From Eledone cirrhosa (Eukaryota), in assembly GCA_964016885.1 (NCBI GenBank), contig OZ024754.1:19282001-19346000 (forward strand): a DNA stretch of 64,000 nt, read 5' to 3'. Shown here one piece after another: positions 1-10,623 of the stretch (the stretch's first letter is position 1; each line of letters begins with the position of its first letter). The notes below the pieces were generated by a model. The model ran no database searches. It was not told the origin of the DNA and saw only the letters and a program-made list of their open reading frames with translations. Both the position numbers and the translations under genes were made by a program.

Positions 1-370
1 CTTGTACATATATATATATATATATGTATATGTGTATATATATATATATATGTATGTATATGTGTGTATGTATATGTAATTATATTTATGTTTCTATGTG
101 TATGTATGTGTGTATATATGTGTGTGTGGTTGTATATATGTATGTGTATGTATGGATGTGTTGATATTTATGTGCGTATGTATATATGTGTTTGTGTGTA
201 TTTATATACACATATATGTGTGTATATATGTGTGCGTGTGTGTATGTATGAGTGTATGTATATGTATATATATATGTATGTATGTGTATATATATATATG
301 TATATATATATATATGTGTGTGTGTATGTATACTTTTGTGTTTTTGTGTGTGTGTTTGCATGTGTAGTTT
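1..370. repeat. Mixed (TA)/(TG)/(TATG) microsatellite tract
   Basis: Directly visible simple repeats; the overlapping YI/CV/HT ORFs are artefacts. Confidence 0.95.
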
Positions 371-419
371 TATTTTATTTTTCCTTTCCTTCTTCCCTCT
401 CCAGCCTCACTTTCATATA

Positions 420-630
420 GATTGCATTTTTGTTTTTAAAATCCAAATTCAATAAACAGACCAGGATTTTTTCATTCTGAGGATTGAAAGCAAAATCTTT
501 TGCTTTTAAGAAACCACTGGTAAATGGAATAATTGCCTTATGTTGTTTATTACATAAGTATTAAGCTCTGTTACCTTCATAGAGCACTCTTTTTTCCTGG
601 ACTTTTCCGACGGAATTACTTCATTCATAC
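420..630 (+). mobile_element. Solo PLE pLTR/tail fragment related to the Naiad-type element at 24.2-27.4 kb
   Basis: Contains an HHR. The downstream gctctgttaccttcatagagcactctt..gacttt resembles the reverse complement of 24225-24320 (gctctggtacttacatagagcactctt..gacttt). Confidence 0.7.
470..529 (+). ncRNA. Type I minimal hammerhead ribozyme
   Basis: tttcatt-CTGAGGA-ttgaaagcaaaa(tc)ttttgcttttaa-GAAA-ccactgg-TA-aatggaa. Helices I and II pair, helix III is short, GUA site at 520-522. Confidence 0.85.
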
Positions 631-780
631 ATATATATATATAAATCTACATATATACATATATATATATATAAATCTACATACATATACACACATATAC
701 ATACATACATTTACGTATGTATATAGCTATGCATTTATACATTTTTATATATACATGCATTTATATTTAAGTGTGTAAGG

Positions 781-954
<174 letters not shown>

Positions 955-962
955 TTATACAA

Positions 963-995
<33 letters not shown>

Positions 996-1000
996 AATTG

Positions 1001-1675
1001 AATAGAATGAAACGAAATTTCATTTCTCGCTCTTAGTACGGCACTTACTTAAATGTAAGTATATATGTATGTATACATACATATATGTATACAGACGTAC
1101 AGTAGTATGTATATATATACATACATGCACACATATATATATGCAGGTATCGGTTTACCGAACATTTATTATAATGCTCGGCTTGCTTGTTTGTAAACAA
1201 ACAAACAGCCCGAATCACGCCGTACAGTGTTTAGGCAACCACGTCACCTTTTTGTTCAACACTGACACAGGAACGATGTACTAGTTTCAAGCTTATTAGC
1301 TATCGTCAGCATCGTATACCTTCCTGCCAGATGGTTGAACGTCTGAAAGTATATACTTTCCTTATGAATATTAACGGCTGAGCAGCCTAATTTGCATATC
1401 GAGTGAGTTCAGTCGGCCGGGCACACCGAAAACGATAAATGCAATAGAATGAAACGAAATTTCATTTCTCATTCTTAGTACGGCACTTACTTAAATGTAA
1501 GTGTGTATGTATACGTACATACATATATGTATACAGACGTACAGTAGTATGTATATATATATACATACATGCACACATATATATATGCAGGTATCGGTTT
1601 ACCGAACATTTATTATAATGCTCGGTTTGTTTGTTTGTAAACAAACAAACAGCCCGAATTACGCCGTACAGTGTT
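1001..1675 (-). mobile_element. Retrozyme-like non-coding HHR element, copy A (~1.5 units of a 442-bp monomer)
   Basis: 1001-1232 is repeated at 1443-1675. One HHR lies in the unique middle. Diverged inverted homolog of 3845-4475. Confidence 0.8.
1273..1315 (-). ncRNA. Type I minimal hammerhead ribozyme
   Basis: Minus strand reads acgatg-CTGACGA-tagctaataagctt-GAAA-ctag-TA-catcgt. Perfect 6-bp helix I, palindromic ACTAGT helix III, GUA site. Confidence 0.9.
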
Positions 1676-1699
1676 TTCACCAGTTATAATGCAATATGA

Positions 1700-1761
1700 A
1701 ATATTGGTTCTACCACGGGCCACAGAAAAGTAGTTCGCGGGCCGCATGTTTGAGCCCCCTG
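1700..1761. mobile_element. Orphan hAT (Buster/Charlie-like) terminus
   Basis: gcgggccgcatgtttgagccccctg; its reverse complement CAGGGGGCTCAAACATGCGGCCCGC is a typical hAT TIR/subterminal pattern. Confidence 0.6.
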
Positions 1762-1779
1762 TTGGAGATAGATAGATAT

Positions 1780-1821
<42 letters not shown>

Positions 1822-1881
1822 GTGTACCAAACACACACACACACACATTTCTTACTCTCTCTGTCCCTCCCTCTTTGTCTC

Positions 1882-1946
<65 letters not shown>

Positions 1947-2649
1947 GAGTGTGTGTGTGTGTGTGGCGTTGTTATTTGGCGTTGTTGAAAAGAGCAGTGG
2001 CCTTTGACCTGGCAATAAAAAACTGTAGACAAAATTCTTTCTGTACCCACACCTAGGCACACACACACACGCACACACACACAGGTTTGTGTGTGTGTAT
2101 GTATATGTGTGCCTGTGTGTGTGTGTGTGTGTGTTTGTGCGTGCGCGTCTATGTGTGTGTGTGTCTGTGTATATATCTATGTATATATATAAGGGATACA
2201 AATACTACTTTCTCACTGTCACGAAGCTTCTCAATTCATTCGTTGCTAAGTATTTTATTTTGCTACGAGGTATTTTATTTTGCAAGGTACTATTTTTCCC
2301 CTGAGTTTGTGATTTCAGAGAAAGGTAAGAAATTCTTTATATTTTACATCTTTTGTATTTTGACTACAATTTGAATTGTAGAATTGTTTATCCAATCAAA
2401 ATATTACAACAGCTAACAGTGAAATATAGAATTAAAAAAAAGAAGCTTTTTCGACTGAAATCAAGTCTTTGAGAACATTCATGTCTATTGTTCAAAAATA
2501 TATAATTTGAAATCGTTTGGACTGAAACTTAGACTGAAACTGGACTGAAATATATAATTTGAAATCGTTTTGGACTGAAACTTTTTTTGTATTTAATTCG
2601 TACGGGTATTTTTTAAAGATCTTTTTAAAGATTCTAACACAACTTGATT

Positions 2650-3824
2650 TGGCCCATTACGGGCACTGCGGCATTCATATTTCTCAACTAATTATAGCTA
2701 AGTCCGTTCAACAAGCTTTACTTATCAAAAATGTTCTAGATAACGTGAATGAATTGCGGAAACTATATAGTACATCAAGGAAACTTAAGCACGCGTATTT
2801 ATCACAACATGATGAAGAAAATGAAGTATCGTCACCACGCTCCTTAAAACCTGTGTGCCCTACTCGATGGCTAACACGACTTTCTGCAGTCAAAGCCCTT
2901 CTTGACAATTATTCAGATGTCCCTATTTCTTTACAAGAGGCAACAAATGAGTTTGGCACCAACATTGCATCCAGAGCTAATGTTATTCTTACGTGTCACT
3001 CTCCGGGCCAATGTGTTCTTGGATTGCACGTTGTAATTCCATTACTTCAATTCCTTGAAGGATTGAACAAATCTTTTCAAAGTACCACCTTCAATCTAGG
3101 TAGCATGTTGCATGGTGTCAAACTGGTGCAGGAAGAGCTAAAAAATCTACGCAGTGAAGAAAAATTTCAGGAGCTGTTCAATACAGCAGAAAAAATGATT
3201 TATCAACTCGATATTTCTCTTTTGGAGCTACCCAGGCAACGAAAAGTTCCTAAAAGATATCAGGGAGGAAATGCCTTAAAATATCAACACTGCACTGCTT
3301 TGGATCATTACAGAGTACAGTATTTGCAGGTAGCGGATACTGCAATATCAAATTTGAAAGATTATTTTTTTCACAGGATTTAGCAGATTATGAAAAACAG
3401 CAATATTTTACTCAATGGAAATGTTTGTGCTGAAGTGATCATGCAGTATCCAGAGCTTGATGGATTTTCTTTAAGGAACGAAATACTTTTTTATAGAAAT
3501 CATCACAATGGATCATCTCTCGAGGATCATTGTAAAATATTGGCTGAAATGCAACCAGAAGTCCGTCGCATGTTTCCAAATGTTGAGCGATTGCTCAGGC
3601 TACTTTTAATGTTTCCAACCAGTTCTTGTGAAGCTGAAAGATCTTTTAGCGCTCTGCAGAGACTCAAAACTTGTCTGCGATCGACCATGACTCAGCAAAG
3701 GTTGAATCATATTCTAATATGCCACGTTCATAGAGTTGTTTTGAAAAAGATTAGTTGTGAAGAAGTTGTTAAATTATTTATTGACAGCAATGATGCGAGA
3801 TATGATACATCTGGAAAGTTCTAA
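2650..3824 (+). pseudogene. hAT transposase (ZMYM1-like/Tip100-type), 5'-truncated and broken near 3383
   Basis: CPTRW motif and C-terminal hAT dimerisation domain PTSSCEAERSFSALQRLKTCLRSTMTQQRLNHILICHVH. Candidate right TIR ..gagaccctg at ~4710. Confidence 0.9.
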
Positions 3825-3844
3825 AAGACAATAAATTTACTTTA

Positions 3845-4475
3845 ATACGGGATGTTTGTTTACAAACACACCGAGCATTATAATAAATGTTCGGTGAATC
3901 CATACGTACATATATATATGTGTGCATGTATGTATATATATATATATACATACTACTGTACATCTGTATACATATATGTATGTACGTGTACATACTTATA
4001 TTTAAGTAACAGCCGTACTAAGAGTGGGAAATGAAATTTCGTTTCATTTTTTCCGTTTATCGTTTTCGGTGCACCCGGCCGATTAACCCACTCGATATGC
4101 AAACTGGGCTACTCAGCCGTTAATATGCATAAGGTAAGTATATACGTTCAACAATCTGGCAGGAAGGTATACGTTGCTGACGATAGCTAATAAGCTTGAA
4201 ACTAGTACAGCGTTCCTTTGTCAGTGTTGAACAAACGAGCAACGATGGTTGCTGGACACTATGGCTTAATACTGGATGTTTGTTTACAAACACACCGAGC
4301 ATTATAATAAATGTTCGGTGAATCCATACGTATATATATATATGTGTGCATGTATGTATATATATATACATACTACTGTACGTCTGTATACATATATGTA
4401 TGTACGTGTACATACTTATATTTAAGTAACAGCCGTACTAAGAGTGGGAAATGAAATTTCGTTTCATTTTTTCCG
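3845..4475 (+). mobile_element. Retrozyme-like non-coding HHR element, copy B (~1.5 units of a 424-bp monomer) in the hAT 3' UTR
   Basis: 3851-4058 is repeated from 4275. Flanked by a tttacttta direct repeat (3836-3844 and 4476-4484). Confidence 0.85.
4171..4213 (+). ncRNA. Type I minimal hammerhead ribozyme
   Basis: acgttg-CTGACGA-tagctaataagctt-GAAA-ctag-TA-cagcgt; GUA site at 4205-4207. Confidence 0.9.
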
Positions 4476-5461
4476 TTTACTTTATATGATTTTTATTCAA
4501 ACGTCTGTTTTATTTTTTGTTTATTTGATATAATAAATACTTTTTAAGCTTATTTTTTTATATCTGAACTTCATTTGAATATATAAAATTTAATTAGCGT
4601 AAAATTTTGCTTATGTGATAGGGTTCAGGAAAGACACCATAAGTAATACTAAAATGCTCCAACAAATGTTGGTTTATCCCCCTCACATTTTTAAGGCAAA
4701 CGAGACCCTGGAAAAGAGCAACATTATTCATGAATTGAATTCACTGACCCGTTCATCACCGTGTTCGGCTTGACCTCGATACTTCAGCTCATTCTTACTA
4801 ACATTCGGTTTGCTTGACCCCATCTTCTCTTCATTGCATTTCCACATCATTTATTCTATAACTAGGTTGTTGCTATTCCTATATAAACTGACTGTTTATA
4901 CTACGATCAAGTCTTGTTATAGCCTTGGGCTTAAGGACATGCTTTTGTAGTCTTCAACAATCATCCATTGTAATTGCAGCACCATTACAAGAATATCACA
5001 GTGATGCATTAAAGTAAGGGCGATAATTTGAGTAACTCTGACTAATAAGTAATGTCTTAACTTAGTATTATCACGTCTTATCACTACGTGCTTAATTGAT
5101 GAATTCCATTTCAAAATAGCACATTACTAGTCATTCTTGCATTAAGTTCTATTGAACTCGTTGCCTCATTGATCCTTTATTGAGTCTGCCACCTTAATTC
5201 CCTCAAGCTAAGTTATTACTATTCCTACATGAAAGACTGGTTAATCTTCATATATAACTTGTCTCGACTTGGTTAATTAATGACAGTATTTGTCTTTTTC
5301 ATTGCAGTTTTGTTTATTACAAAGCGTTATTCCAGAACATTACTTGAAACTTTATCATACTGGAACAGGACTCATTATAGTAAGTCCCTTATACATAATT
5401 TTATAGGCTTATATAGGCAAATCTTTGCGTAACTTTACCAAACACATTCGATAAACAGAAA

Positions 5462-7203
5462 ATGGCCTCAGCAATGAAGAAAAAATGCAGGCAGTACAGC
5501 GTTGATTACTTACGGTTCGGATTCATCCCATCGCCATCGAACCACCTGTCACCCATGTGTTTAATTTGCAAGGAGTCCTTTTCGAATGAGGCGATGAAGT
5601 CATCGCGTTTGAGTAGACACCTGGAGGTGAGGCACCCCGATAAGAGATATAAAGATTTAGCATACTTTCAGTCTCTTAGGGACCAATTCCAGAAAACAAC
5701 ACTAATTTCTTCTGCCTTTTCAAAAGTTGAAGCTTCAAATGTTAATGGACTTGTCGCATCTTACAATATTGCCAACATAATCTCAAAGTGTGGCAAGCCC
5801 CATTCCTTGGGTGAAACATTGGTAGCCCCTGCCATCTCAGAAGTTCTTTCAACAGTACTACGTCAGAACCCGTTAAAGACCTTGAAATGTATTCCGTTGA
5901 GTAACGACTCAATAAAGAGACGCAGCGACGAAATGGCGGAAAATGTTGAACAAAAATTATGCAACATCTTGAAATCGACACAATTTGCTTTGCAACTTGA
6001 TGAAAGCACACTTTCCGGGAATCAGTCCTTACTACTGGGATACGTGCGATTTTTCCACCAAAACGAAATGCACGAGGAGCTTCTCTAGCCACAGATACTA
6101 AAGGTGCCACCATCTTTGAATCTGTCAAGGGATACCTCGAAGAAAAAGAGATACCTCTTAACAATATTGTATATTGTGCTACGGACGGCACAAGAGCAAA
6201 GGGTTTCGTCTCTCTTCTGAAGAGGGAAAATTCATCTGTATTTGCTGTTCATTGTGTCATTCATCGACAACACTTGGCTGCGAAGAAACTCAACGAGCTG
6301 CTGAGCAAGTCTTTTCAGGTAGCCATTGATGTCATCAATTATATCAAACACCATGCCCTCTGAACGAATTTTCCGGCAACTGTGCGAAGATAATGACGAA
6401 GAATTCGTCGAGTTGCTCCTTCATACTGAAGTGAGGTGGCTTTCAAAGGGCAAGTGCCTTACTCGCTTCTTTGAACTGTTCGACTCTATCATTGAGTTTC
6501 TTCGAGGACGCAATAGAGAACTGTATAAAAGAACCCTCGATGTGAGGCAAGACTGCGCTTACCTCGCCGACATCTTCGACAAATGCAATAGCCTCATTAT
6601 GGCTTTGCAGGGGGAGAAGATCACCTTATTTAAAGCAAGGAATGCTGTGAAAATATTCCTGGCCAAATTGAAAGTCATCAAAAGGAATCTTTGTTGACGG
6701 GAATTCTATAATTTTCCTAGTGTCGCCAATGTTCAAAAGATTGTGAGCGATGACCAACTCCAAATTTATACCGCGCACCTCCGTGCACTACAAGACGACA
6801 TGAGAGAACGGTTTGTCGACCTTTTGCAGATGGACATCCCAAAGTGGGTAGCAGATCCCTTCATAGCTAACGTCGACGATTTGGACGTTAAATTTCAGGA
6901 AGAATTAATTGAACTTCAGACAGATGACATTATCAAAATTAAATTTTCCAAAATAGGTGAACCCCTTTTTTGTATGCAAGAGGAAATTCAGCGTCGATTT
7001 CCACTCCTACATGCAGAGGCTAAGAGATTTGCTAAGAGACATACTTAGTCGAGAGGAGGTTTGGCGCTGTTTCCAGACTGCATAGTAAGGCTCGCAACCG
7101 CTACAATGTGATTGTACGTGGAGATCTCCGGCTATATCTCACAAAACTCCAGCCTGACGTCAAAGAGTTAGCTAGACCCCATGAAGCCCAAGGGTCCCAT
7201 TGA
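5462..7203 (+). pseudogene. Buster/Charlie-type hAT transposase (SCAND3/ZBED8-like), full length with stops and frameshifts
   Basis: BED finger CLICKESF..LSRHLEVRHP, FALQLDEST, HCVIHRQHLAAK (~6250), LLHTEVRWLSKG, and C-terminus TYLVERRF..GDLRLYLTKLQPDV..QGSH* ending at 7203. Confidence 0.93.
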
Positions 7204-7744
7204 AACGAGGTCAAAGTAAGTCGATTTTTTATTTGTAGTTGCAATCTGACTGGACTGGAAACCATCTACCACAATTCACTTACTCATTTGTTGTATACAC
7301 TTTACCATTTACTAATAAATATGCCCTCTTATATGGTCATGAAAACCCTCTTCTGTGGTCTCTAAGCTCACAAAGTGGAGGGGACATCAAGTTAGATATC
7401 AACATTTATTCTGTCCGTTTCATTAAAGGGAAAATTGGAAAGCTTTGAAATAATACAATTGCCACTTTCTTCCAGATAAGAGCACTCTTTGGATAGACAG
7501 AGTTTCTCTTGTATAAATGTTCAAAATAGCTGGTATCGTCTGGTGGGAATATAATAAATTCAACTGGTCCTTATTCATAAAAAAGAACATTTATATTCCT
7601 TTTTTTGACATTTATATACTTCCTTTCAACGAATGCATTTATACTTTCAACTGCCTGCAATGGTATCTGTGGAATATCGTTAATCAATTTTTTAGTAATC
7701 TACTGATATCAAAATCAGTAGTATATTGAAAAACGGAAAAATAG

Positions 7745-7787
7745 GGTAGGGGAGCGTTTCGTGGTTTCGAGAACCTTTGGATTAGAC
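7745..7787 (+). mobile_element. Probable right end of the Buster element
   Basis: ..ttcgagaacctttg (ends 7779) is followed by gattagac, which fits the Buster nnnTAnnn target consensus. No left TIR found. Confidence 0.45.
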
Positions 7788-8058
7788 CATGCTGCACTTC
7801 CATTTTGACAGACGATAGGGCGTGTGGCTGACTATCTCTATTGTTAGACAAGTGGTTAAATTATTTCTTTCGTGAACATAAGGCTGTAAGATCGAATCCC
7901 GGATCGTGCGGTAGATAAACACCTAGATGTGACAACAGATGTAAACTCTGTGGGATAAACCCCCAAGGATGTCATCACCTTATGGCCAAAACACTATACA
8001 ATGTAATCTGTAGAAAGGAATATTTCCATAGATAAAAATTAAACAAATAGTTATAGCG

Positions 8059-8491
8059 ATGTGGATGGTCATACGCACACATAATATGAAAGAGTATTGG
8101 TGGAATGTTCCTATCACTCGCCCCCCTCCCTCCACACACCCACTCGTAAAATTTAAACATAACAGACCAGACATAATAATAATATGGGACAGAGAAAAGA
8201 AGGCATGCGCAGTGGTGGATATCAGCTACCTATTCGATGTTAATAAAGGGTTACAGATTGTAAAAAAAGGAAAAATATCTATGCCGAACTAATGAGGAAC
8301 CTGCAGAGTGGTAAGAAACTCTCTGTAGAGCTGGACTGGAGAAGGTCTTTAGAGAAGAAGATTCCACTTCCTCAAGCGAGTTTCGGCCCTTGTATTCTAC
8401 CCTGACTATATATAGCTTTAGATCAGGCATGGAGAACCTTATTTTTTTCAAGCAGTGGGCCGCATGGGATGTAAGGCAATTTTGAAATTAA
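8059..8491 (+). pseudogene. Restriction-like endonuclease (RLE) non-LTR retrotransposon 3' fragment (R4/NeSL/CRE-like)
   Basis: WWNVPI..HNRPDIIIIWDREKKACAVVDISYLFD matches the PD-(D/E)xK RLE motif; degraded downstream. Confidence 0.75.
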
Positions 8492-8533
8492 GCGTGCCAT
8501 TCAGAAAGTCAAACGGGCTGCAGTTTGTCCATG

Positions 8534-8703
8534 ACTGTAGCTATAGATCACTGACTCACTTGGATATATTACTAACTGGTACTTTTCTTTGGTACCATAC
8601 GTCCTGATACAGTCATAGGAGCGCCGTATTGACATACGGTGTTTCTTGGGCATTTTAAGCCTGGCAGAGCCCATTTCTCTCCAGACCTGAGTACAGCAGA
8701 TTT
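8534..8703. repeat. ~170-bp structured dispersed repeat, copy 1
   Basis: Closely matches 9568-9737; partial diverged copy at ~44185-44255. Confidence 0.85.
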
Positions 8704-8759
8704 CTTCCAGAGGAAGATAGAAAGTGAGAGCGAGCAAATGAGAAAAACATATCGAGGAA

Positions 8760-8915
8760 GAATCGACCCCAGTACTAGACTGGTACTTCTTTTATCGACC
8801 TCGAAAGGATGAAAAGCAAAGTTGACCTCGGCGGGATTTGAAGTCAAAGAGCAGAGAACTGGAACGGATACCATAGAGCTTTCTATCCAACGTTCTAACG
8901 ACTGCCAATCCGCGC
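8760..8915 (-). mobile_element. tRNA-derived octopus-type SINE (OR1/OR2-like)
   Basis: Reverse complement carries ..caaatcccgccgaggtcaactttgcttttcatcctttcgaggtcgataaaa..gtaccag, the same core as the other copies. Confidence 0.85.
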
Positions 8916-9068
8916 GTATATTATTCACTGCCCCAACAGAAATCTTGAGAAGCTGGGTTTCATAGAACCAGATAGAGCACAACTAATTAACAAATAATTA
9001 TAAGTTCAGTCCATTAATGGGGGCTATAAAAATATGTAAAAAGAATTCCCACAAGTTTAGCATAACTG

Positions 9069-9103
<35 letters not shown>

Positions 9104-9494
9104 TTAGACATACAGAAACATACACATGCAGTAACATCGATACTTGCATACACATAGACACAAATACACATATATGTATACACACACATACACTCAAATA
9201 CACATACATACATACATATATACATACACACACACATTCATAATTACCAAATTGATACTGTCTAAATTCCAATGAAAGAACCTTATTTCTGGGTTAGAGA
9301 CTTGCTCTCTCTCTCACACTCTACTGGTGAGAAATTTAAAAAATAATAAAACCAGAAGAACATACATATGAATAATCACCCCCCCCCCCACACACACATG
9401 CACATATAGCCACATACACACACACACACACATATGTATATCTATGTATCTGTGTGTGTCTTTATATATATATGTATCTCTCTCTCTCTCTCTC

Positions 9495-9567
<73 letters not shown>

Positions 9568-9574
<7 letters not shown>

Positions 9575-9737
9575 CTATAGATTACTGACACACTTGGATA
9601 TATTACTAAGTGGTACTTCTCTTTGGTACCATAACTCCTGATACAGTCAAAGGAGCACCGTATTGACATACGGTGTTTCTTGGGCATTTTAAGCCTGGCA
9701 GAGCCCATTCCTCTCCGGGCCTGAGTACAGCAGATTT
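9568..9737. repeat. ~170-bp structured dispersed repeat, copy 2, in (TA)n
   Basis: Homologous to 8534-8703 with the same left boundary actgtagctatag. Confidence 0.85.
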
Positions 9738-10240
9738 ATTCCTTATATAAATATATATATTATATATATATATTTATATATAGAGAGGTGTGTGCGTGTG
9801 TAGGTGTGTGGTATAATATTAATCTAATTGTAAAACAAATAGCAGAAACAGCCAGATAGACAACATATGGAGATGTGCCAGAAAAAAAATCAGCCAAGCG
9901 CATACTCACACACTCGCTCTTCCCTATGCACTCCCACTCTCTCTAATATGCACATGCACACACACACGCTTTCTCTCTCACACACACACATACATACACT
10001 CACACACACACACCACACACATACACAAACACAGAGAGACACAGTTTAACAGCTGCCGTATTATGAAGCTGGATCTTCTTATTGGCCGTTTGAGAACATT
10101 GCAGAAACTATGGGAATCAGCGGAGCTGTATGTGACATCCACATGGAATAACCAAAATACTGCCAACTTTTACACTGATTTGGCCTTTTCTCTGCAAAAT
10201 GGTACTTCCTCCAATAAATGGTATTATGAGGGTGATGACA

Positions 10241-10540
10241 GCGGTGGATTGACAGTAATCGGTAGAGCGCTGGGGTCGATATAATCGACTCTCCTCCCCA
10301 CACACTATATAAATTGCTGGCCTTGTACCTAAATTAGAAATCATTATTAGGGGCGATGGATTGGCAGTAATAGGTAGAGCGTCAGGAAAAATGTTTCACA
10401 GCATTTAGTTACGGCCCTTTCCCTTTTGAGTGTTTTCCAGGTATTATATGTAACTGTGACGACATGTAGTCCAGTGGTTAGGGTGTTGGACGTAAGGTTG
10501 TAGGTTCGACTCCTGTACAGAGTGGGGCGTAACACCACCC
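10241..10540 (+). mobile_element. Cluster of deleted/partial SINEs
   Basis: Two ggattggcagta(a)tcggtagagcg heads (~10241, ~10355), a ggggtcgat..aatcgact..gctggccttgtacctaaattagaaa tail, and a second-family head at ~10470. Confidence 0.7.
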
Positions 10541-10623
10541 TACATACATCACTGAATGCAATGGTTTTATAGACTCTTGATCATTATACACGATGGCGGG
10601 GATAAAATGTGTTTCATGACTTT

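Noticed and set aside
1390-1397. Octamer ATGCAAAT upstream of the HHR as a promoter element
   Set aside because: It is a single 8-mer, mutated in copy B (ATGCAAAC), and no PSE or TATA context was identified.
1001-4475. Retrozyme copies A and B as long TIRs of the hAT transposase between them
   Set aside because: The copies are clearly diverged, copy B has its own TSD inside the hAT 3' UTR, and the hAT end appears further right (~4710). They are independent insertions.
10052-10284. Possible exon or ORF before the 40-bp satellite
   Set aside because: It has no recognisable domain, weak splice signals, and runs into a SINE.
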